Below are positions 55,233 to 64,000 of a stretch of DNA of 64,000 nucleotides, one piece after another. Source of the DNA: Lama glama (taxonomy: Eukaryota); the NCBI GenBank assembly GCA_028534125.1, contig CM052817.1, forward strand, positions 25,980,001-26,044,000. The letters are read 5' to 3'. Each line of letters starts with the position of its first letter. Position 1 is the first letter of the stretch. A program made the position numbers and the translations under genes. The notes below the pieces were generated by a model. The model made no database searches and was not told the DNA's origin. It saw nothing but the letters and a program-made list of their open reading frames with translations.

Positions 55233-57964
55233 TCACGACATGCCCTGGACCATCAACTGACTAGTCAAGTGTGAAGTTAACTACCATGAGTAGCCCTGAT
55301 TCCACCTTCTATTAGTTCCATTGAAATAATACATTTCATAAATACAATACCAGAGGGAACAGAATGAAGCACCTGGAAAACTCATTCAATAAATTTCTGT
55401 TGAGAAGTTACTGTATATGCATCAGAACCAGGCAGGCAGGTTCGAAGCTAAGCCTGCAGATAGAAAGATGAGAGACTCCGAAAGGAGTTCACAGTTTGAA
55501 ATATAAGTTTTCTCTTTCTTCCTCTCTTGATGATATGTAATATATTATCCTGGTCTTTAAAACCAAACTTTAAACTCCTTTTCACTCTTCTTTTTTATAG
55601 ACCTATATCAACAGGTTTTCAAAAATGTTTGCAGTATCATTGGCAAATGCTTTCTTGGCTCATTAAAGCTAGAAATTATCTAGCATCTTCAGGATACAGA
55701 ATACTATGTAGACAAAGACTGTCAAAATAGAAAAATAAATCATGAGTCCAGCATCTAGGCATTTAGTTTTGGCTTAGGTTTATCATAAAACCTCAGGGAA
55801 GTGCGGCTGCCTTTGCCTCAATGACCTCAATGAACTCATTGGAAAATGAGGATAACATGCTCTCTAAAATCTAACACATGAGCTCTCATAAAAATAAACA
55901 TTCTCTGAAAAGTCTAAAATTCTAAATAGGAATAATTTTGGAACCAGTCAGTAGCACCAATTTTCTTCTCTTGACAAGCTCCTAACTTAACAGGAGACTA
56001 AATAAAGGAATCAAGCCAAAATAAATCGAAACATGAAGACTGAGTTGAAGTGTGAAAAGCAGGAGGATAAAGTTGTTTGTATGCATGGAACAATTTAGGA
56101 AAAGACTTAGATGTGGAAGTCAGGGTGTAAGGGAGTACAGAAGGGCAAAGACGGCTGATGGGATAACATTAAACAGGCCACAGAACAGGCAGACAGATGA
56201 TCAGACGGCTTGCCCAGATAAATGAGCTCTGAAGATAACACTTGAAAACTGGTTCCAATGCATTTCTTTGTTTCAGATGAATACTCCTGGTAACTGGTGA
56301 GACTCAGACATCTTCATATGCATATTGGATATTCAGGGTTCTTCTGTAAATTGGTTGTTTATAGTCTTTACTCATATTTTGGTTGGGCTCTTTGTCCCTT
56401 TTAAAAATTGACCTAAAATTTTTCTTTATATATTTCAAATATTAATCTTTATTACTTGCATTTTATTTTTTTTAGAAGTTTTAAATTTTAATGTTTTCCT
56501 TTTTGATTTTCGTGTCTTATAAAATAAATCCTTTTATCTCAAAAAAAAAAACTGATTCGATAGTATAAAACGATTCCTACCCAGAAATTAAGCTGGAGTG
56601 GGAGGAAATGGAGAGAAGAAGTAAATAAAACAAGACCAGCCATGATAACTGCTGAGAATGGAGGATGGGTAGACAAGGGTTCACTATATTGTTGTTTTCA
56701 TCTTTTGTAGAAGTTTGCTATTTTCCACAGTGAAAAGTATACATGTAAATTTAAAAAAGAAAAGAAAAAGCAAATCTAGAGAGTAATACTATAATAATTT
56801 ACCTTAATAGGCACATAAAATAATAGCTTTAAAAGATTCAAGGCAGCTCAGGCTAGACTGGCAGAGAAACAAGTGTAAAATCAGCTATCTGTGCTAGACC
56901 AGACTAAGGCAGACTCTATTGCCTAAGAATAGATACTTTAAACAAAAAAAATTTTTAACTGAAAATTCCCCTATTGCCATTCCAGGATCTGGTTATCCAA
57001 ATACTAGGCTAAGGTAACTTCTTGATTTTCTCCAAGCATCTAGATACTCCAAAATAATGTCTCCTTTTCTATGCCTCTACCGTAACCTTCTGCAAGAATT
57101 AAGTAGCGACTGGGTAGGTGAGTCATAGAAGTGGCACCAATTACTCTGAAGTAATTAGGGAAGCCAAAAGGAGAGACTGAATTCATGACACACTTTTACT
57201 ATGGGCTTCATTACTACTTCCTTTGGAGTTCACATATCTTCACAGCACTGCTTTTGTCTCAAAGCATAGTCAATTCAACAGCATCTATGCTCTGTGGAAC
57301 CCAGGCAAAGCTCACACCACTGGCTTACCCTTTATTCCTTAAGGTCCTAAACGTCTAGAGTCATATAACATCCCAGCTCAGCCACCAATTGGTTGTAACT
57401 ATACTATCACACAGAATATTTGAATAGATGGTTACCAGAGCAGCAAGAAAAAAGTTACCTTGGTTCAAATATTGGACTACCAGAATGTACTCCCAAGCAT
57501 TGATTCTAGTTTTTTCATCACAAAGGTACAACAGTTTAGCTATATTATGAGCTGCAGGTGTCTGTGGACTAGCCTAACAACCTAACCAAGTTCTAAACAA
57601 TTTAAAATGATTTTCAGACCATAAATGCATCTAGATAGGAGATGCCTATAAGTTTACAAGCAAACTTTATCTGATTCTTTTTACGTCACCTCCATCAAGC
57701 AGTGGAAACAAGAAATGATTAAATATATATACTGTCACCCACTGTGTTCACACATTACCAGTGCTTTCTAACTCTAGATCTCAGACTAGAACTTTCTTTG
57801 AATTTATTTGTTCAATGATCTGAAATTACCAGATGATAATAGGGTTTGGTGAAGTGTTGGATAAAAAGTTAGTGATAACCAAAATTCAACTGGATAACTC
57901 TATATTAAGTAATGCTGTGGCTTAATACCAATAGATTTACTGTTAGAATTCAATGAAACTTCTA

Positions 57965-58150
<186 letters not shown>

Positions 58151-58687
58151 TTATCAATAATATGAAATAAGCCAATAGTATAGGATTACATTCGTTAAGA
58201 GGACGGTCATGCTGTAATTTAAAGGTCTAGATTTGCTCTCAAATAACACCTCTGTAGAAAAATCAAAGATCATATTGGTACCAAAGGCCATCAAGTGTAC
58301 ATGATGGGACACAACAAACAAAGCAAAATTGATCCTACCACAATTAAAGCAGATCAATTAAATGCATGTCACTGTTTACCAAGCACCTGACTGTTTCATA
58401 AGTGTTAACAATTAACTCCAAGTGTCAACACAATCAGCAGTGAAGTCAAAGTCTTTTGTGATTTCAAGCAAACATTTGATTTTGCATCATCATTATGAAT
58501 ACAGGTTTTTACCCCCAAGAATTTAGGTCATAGAACACAGGCCATTTAGACTGGTTGTGAGTCAATAATTACTCTATACATACATGAAAATATATTTTTT
58601 CTAAGTCCTATTATAAGAAACACTTCTATTAAAAATGTGCTACTTTTCCCATACAATTTAACAGGAGATATAATTAAGAATTCTGAA

Positions 58688-58817
58688 GGGGGAAGGGTAT
58701 CATTCAGTGGTAGAGTGCATGCCTAGCATGCATGAGGTCCTGGGTTCAATCCCCAGTACCTCCACTAAAAGATAAATAAATTTAAAAAAAAAACTAATTA
58801 CCTCCCCTCCCCCCAAA
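58688..58817 (+). mobile_element. tRNA-derived SINE (vic-1-like)
   Basis: CAGTGGTAGAGTGCATGCCTAGCATGCATGAGGTCCTGGGTTCAATCCCC; TSD AAGAATTYTGAA 58676-58687/58818-58829. Confidence 0.9.
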
Positions 58818-60149
58818 AAGAATTTTGAACTATACAACACCACCTAACAAGTATTCTTGCTCCCCACCCCCTCAAAAAAGTCAAGTCTAAATTTGATAAA
58901 ATCAGTTCAATCAGCAAAATCCTGACTGAAAATTTCTACAGGATAAACAACCTGGTTTCTCCAATTAATAAACTAAAGCGAAAAACAGAGAAAGAAAGAG
59001 AGATTAAAATATTGTCGTCTTAAAAGACACTTAAGAGATACAAATCTATTGTAATATATGGATCTTATTTGCATCCTGATTCAAATAAACCATGGGAGGA
59101 AGGACATGTTTAAGAATTCTTAAAAACCAAAGCAAAACAGACCTTCTCCTCTACTGGAGGAGAAGGTTCAAACAATATCCACAATATTATGGACATACAG
59201 AAAACCGTATACAGCAAAGTAAAAAGCCACTTCAGGGACCAAAGGTCTGGAATTATATCCAGAGGTAATCCACTTTTCTTCATGGTTCTGAGGCAATTTA
59301 ACATAAGCAAATGGAGAAAGTGTAAAAGTAAATTCAAATTTCTATTAGTTTAACTAAAATGTACAATAGAACCAGCAAAATACACGAACCACTATACCAT
59401 GAACATCGCCAATTATAACAGCTGTTTGCTTTATCATTTTAACTAGATTCTAGAAAGTGAGAGTAAAAGGTTACAGAGTTGGAATTTTTCAGAGAAAATT
59501 TAATTCAATCCTATATAATCTCCTAATGTTTAAATTAAAGTCACCTAAAAATCAGAGCAATGCAGAATTTATACTGGTTTTTTTTTTTTGTCTTAATAAC
59601 ACCTCAAAATGAATAACTATATTATTCTGTTAAAATCACTGGGGTATTTGTAAATCTCCAAAACAAATGTAGAGATAGTTAATGATATAGGTTCTACCTC
59701 TTATTAGAGTCATTATGTAATTATCATAATTAATATTTAAGATTTACATGGTATTTTTTATGGAAGAACTCAAATCCTTTCACATTGTAAAATTTTACTC
59801 AAAAGAAGCACAGCAAATTATCCATTTTGGGTTTTTGGAAGTAGTTATTATTTTTCAATGAACAAAGTTAAAAAAGCATTAAATATGGTAACACAAAACA
59901 AAAATGTTTTAATTGTTAAATATTAACAGTATCTACTATGCTGTTCTCTGAGTAAAAACTTGAATATCTTATTACCATATTTTATATGATGGTCATTACT
60001 ATTTCCTTCTCAGGCAGTGAACATGACTACCCTTTTACTAATATAGTTTTGACCCATAAAACATAAGCCAATAAAACAAGAAAAGAACCACAATGAACAT
60101 AAATTCGTCAACTCTAAGTATATTTAGCTGGGTTTTCAATGTAGCCTTC

Positions 60150-61200
60150 ATAATCTTTTCACTTGTCCTCTCATTCTGAGATTCCTGCTCCAACCTCCAC
60201 TATAACTTCTTCAAAACCATCTTGCCTCCCACATTCAGACAGCTGAGATGACCAACGTGTCAGTGTCTTTTATATCATGTCCTCACCAACAAAACTGTCT
60301 GTATCTTTATCCATCCTTGTTTACTTCCCTGTCTCCAAGAAAGAGACTTTCAAGGTCAATTCCTCTACTTGTGCTTAGGAGCCCATCACCTTTGCGACCT
60401 TTCTAGACTTTATTCCACCAACTGGACCCTTTATTCTTAAGCTTTTGACCTTTCCTTCTCTATGTGATTTGTCTACTGTAGTTTACTAACATGCTTGATC
60501 CTTTATCAACCATAGAAAAAAACATAAATAAATGAAATCACTTTCCCCTCTGCCCCTCTCCAGTGACCACCCCCTTTATTTTCTTCTAATTAAACCTTTT
60601 AAAAGAAGACTTTTACTCCTTTTCTACACTTTCTCACTTCTTCAATCTCCTGACATTTGTGATCGTTCTTGTAAAAGTTACAATGGCACCCATAATACCG
60701 AATTGCATGGATATGTCTCGGATCTTTTTTCTCCTATATCTGGCATAACTGACAGCTTATTCATTCATTCAGCAGACATTTGTTGAGCATTTATTAAGTA
60801 CTGGCCACTGTGTTAGTCACTCATAATCAAGACATATATATCTTTATGGAGGTTGCACTACGATACTTCTGGGTTTTGGTTCACCTTCTCTGAACTACTC
60901 TTCATTGTTCCTTTATGGCATTTTTTTCTCCACCCAACATCAAATATTAGCATTTGCCAGGGTTCTGTCCTTGACCCATGCTCTGTTCTCTCTACAGGCT
61001 CTTCTTGGGAGAGCTCAACTACTCCAATTTTAACTATTACCTGCATAATCTTTTTTTTTTTAAACTACCTGCGTAACCTTAACTTTACATCTTCAGCCCT
61101 GAATTCTTGAATATCATTCTAGCTTCCTTCCTCTCTTTCATCCTTCTTATATAATCAACAATCAAATCCTATCATTTTTCCTTCTAAATATTTCTGTGAT
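60150..61200. mobile_element. Degraded LINE-2 fragments
   Basis: Pyrimidine-rich L2-like motifs (CCAGGGTTCTGTCCTTGACCC, ATTCATTCAGCAGACATTTGTTGAGCA); boundaries approximate. Confidence 0.55.
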
Positions 61201-62009
61201 TCTCAGAGTGGGTAGACTGAGAGTGGAACAACTCTCAAGGAGGCTGTGTACTCAAAAGAACTCATTAAATATTATAAATACACATTAGTTATCATTTCTT
61301 TATCAGTGATCAGGAGTTAAATATTAGTCATCAAAAGAGATTTTCTGATATGAAAACCTGGTATTTACAATGAAAAACCGATGCCATAGATTTTTATACC
61401 ACCACTGTAAACAAGTATCAATTTCACTGTATATTTTAAAATGTATTATAGGATACAGATTTAAGGTGGAAATTGATTACAAAGGTATCTAAGGTTTCTC
61501 TGGAAATAAAAATATTTCTTTGCTTTGTCCAAGGTAGGTAAGTATAAAATTACAACTAGTAATGATATGTATAAGCTACTCAACAAAGGAATCCAGAAAG
61601 CAGTGTGAACTCCAGTTAAACCTGCCATTCATTTTTCTTCTTTCATGGTTCTTCCTGTTTGACATTTCACATAACATTTCATATCTCAGTATGGCCAAGA
61701 AAATGTGCAAGAGTAGTTTTACAACATAAAATAAAGAAATAAAAATGGAACAAAGGCCTGAGATACGTTTGAAATGGATAATTGGGTTGCACAGTTCATT
61801 TCCCCAAGTAAGATATAGAAAAAAATCATTTTAGATCTTAACTCTTTTACTCTAACTACATATCCCAACTGGATTCAACATCCATGAGGAACACACTATT
61901 TTTTTGGAGGAATTTAACTTTTAACTTTTAACAAGTAACAAGATTATTACATGGGAAATTCAGATCATCCTCACAGTTCCTTTGTGGCTTACTGTTGTTT
62001 CTATTTTAG

Positions 62010-62285
62010 GTTTTTTGGTTGTTATTTATTTATACTGAACTATAGTTGATTTACAGTATGTGTTAGTTTCAGGTCTATAGCATAGTGATTTGGTATTTTT
62101 GCAGATTATACTCCATTGCAGGTTACTACAAGATGATGAGTATAATTCTCTGTGCTCTACAGTATATCCTTCTTGCTTTTATTTTGTATGTAGTAGTTTG
62201 TATCTGTTAATCCCATACTCCTAATTTGTCCCTCCTGTCTTTCCTCTCCCCTTTGGTAACGACAAATTTGTTTTCCATATCTGTA
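62010..62285 (-). mobile_element. LINE-1 3' end fragment
   Basis: TATAGTTGATTTACA...GTTAGTTTCAGG...AGGTTACTACAAGAT...CCCTTTGGTAAC. Confidence 0.85.
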
Positions 62286-62353
62286 GAACACACAATTCAA
62301 AGCCCTGAAGTCGCAGGAAAGAGTTTCAGATTTCAAATAGAAATAGTAGTTCT

Positions 62354-62460
62354 GTGTTCACTTTAGCAGCACATATACTAAAATCAGAACACTACAGAGA
62401 AGATTAGCATGGCCCTTGTGCAAGGATGACATGCAAATTCATAAAGCATTCCATATTTTT
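62354..62460 (+). pseudogene. RNU6: Full-length U6 snRNA retrocopy
   Basis: 107-nt match to U6 including ACAGAGAAGATTAGCATGGCCC and terminal CCATATTTTT; many CpG-decay substitutions; fused to L1. Confidence 0.93.
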
Positions 62461-62638
62461 TAAACAACGAGGGGTCCTACTGTTGTTTAACAGTAGGGAA
62501 CTATATTTAATAGCTTGTAATAACCTCTAATGAAAAAGAAAATGAAAAAGAATATACATATGTACAACTGAATCACTAAGCTGTACACCAGCACTAATAC
62601 AACATTGTAAATCAACTATACTTCAATTTAAAAAAAGA
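62461..62638 (+). mobile_element. L1 3' end fused downstream of U6
   Basis: TAAACAAC..GGTCCTACTG...CTGTACACCAG...ACATTGTAAATCAACTATACTTCAA plus A-tail; shared TSD with U6. Confidence 0.88.
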
Positions 62639-63491
62639 AGAAATAGTAGTTGTCTGCCTGCAGCAGTAGTTTCATTGATTTTTTCAGTGCAGTATAGTAT
62701 TTTATTGCAGGATCATACTATAATTTATGTATCCATTTGCTGACAACATTTAGGTTGTTTCCCATTTGGTGTTATTATCAATGGCACTGCTAATACCTGT
62801 GTTTTAGTGCATATATGAATGTATTTCTGTTGGATATACACCTAGGAGTGGAATTTCTGGGTCAAACTATGCATATTTTCAACTTTAGTAAATACTGTCA
62901 AATAATATTCAAAAACATAATACCATGAACTCATTTTACAGTGAAAATTTTAAAAAATGGAATCCTGCTTAATAGTTGGTAAGTTAACAATAAATAATAA
63001 TTGTTAATAATAAGATAGAGGCATATTTTCCTAACTATAAATTCTTTAAATTCATAGAAATTTTAAAATTCCAATTAAACAAATTTGGGATACTAAACAC
63101 TGAATATGAAAGACATCATTTATTCATCCAAGGTTTCCCTAATATAAATACAATAATCCAAAAATATAATAGCCTTACATGAATATATAAACATTTACAT
63201 TTATATTTTATAAACATCCAGTTTTATTTATTTTGTTCTTACAGAATACCACTTTTAAATTTTACTATTACAATATGGTAACCATACCAACAGACAAAAG
63301 TAAAAAATAGAGAAGAGAAAAAAATACTCACAACCTCATTGTATTAATACAACCATTATTAATATTTGATATACTTCTCTCCAGGCATTTTCCCTCAGCA
63401 TATTTGACATAATCATAATTATAATGTTCATAACATTGTATATTTAGATCTTTTCATTTAATTTCTTATCAGTTGCAGTCATAGATTTTTA

Positions 63492-63812
<321 letters not shown>

Positions 63813-63901
63813 TTATAAAAACTGTCAAGGTGACAGATATCTGGAAGGATTTCCTATATTGACACTCAATAAGATTTATGAAAGCAATCATTTAAAAAAT
63901 A

Positions 63902-64000
63902 GAAGGAGGGTATAGCTCAGTGGTAGAGTGCATGCTCAGCATGCATGAGGTCCTGGGTTCAATCCCCAGTACCTCCATTTAAATAAATAAATAAATAAAC
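63902..64000 (+). mobile_element. tRNA-derived SINE (vic-1-like), cut by the window end
   Basis: GGAGGGTATAGCTCAGTGGTAGAG...GGTTCAATCCCCAGTACCTCC plus (TAAA)n. Confidence 0.9.

Noticed and set aside
62354..62460. Functional U6 gene
   Set aside because: Multiple substitutions, L1 fusion and TSD, and no recognisable upstream TATA/PSE

Overview
Mammalian genomic DNA, most likely camelid (inferred from five tRNA-Ala-like SINEs of the vic-1 type). It covers the conserved KLB-RPL9-LIAS-UGDH block. KLB (+) exons 2-5 are present. RPL9 (-) is complete (192 aa). LIAS (+) has exons 1-11, with the stop codon hidden in a 100-N gap. All UGDH (-) coding exons are present (494 aa). RPL9 and LIAS share a compact CpG-rich bidirectional promoter. 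Retrocopies include a full-length RPL35A processed pseudogene and a U6/L1 chimera, both with target-site duplications (TSDs), plus the usual L1, L2, LTR and DNA-transposon debris. The most unusual item is a ~0.7 kb segment in LIAS intron 10 (about 36960-37680). Its frameshifted translation shows a colinear series of motifs resembling the Mononegavirales (rhabdovirus/bornavirus-like) L polymerase, so it is a candidate endogenous RNA-virus element. All homology statements come from recalled reference sequences, not database searches.
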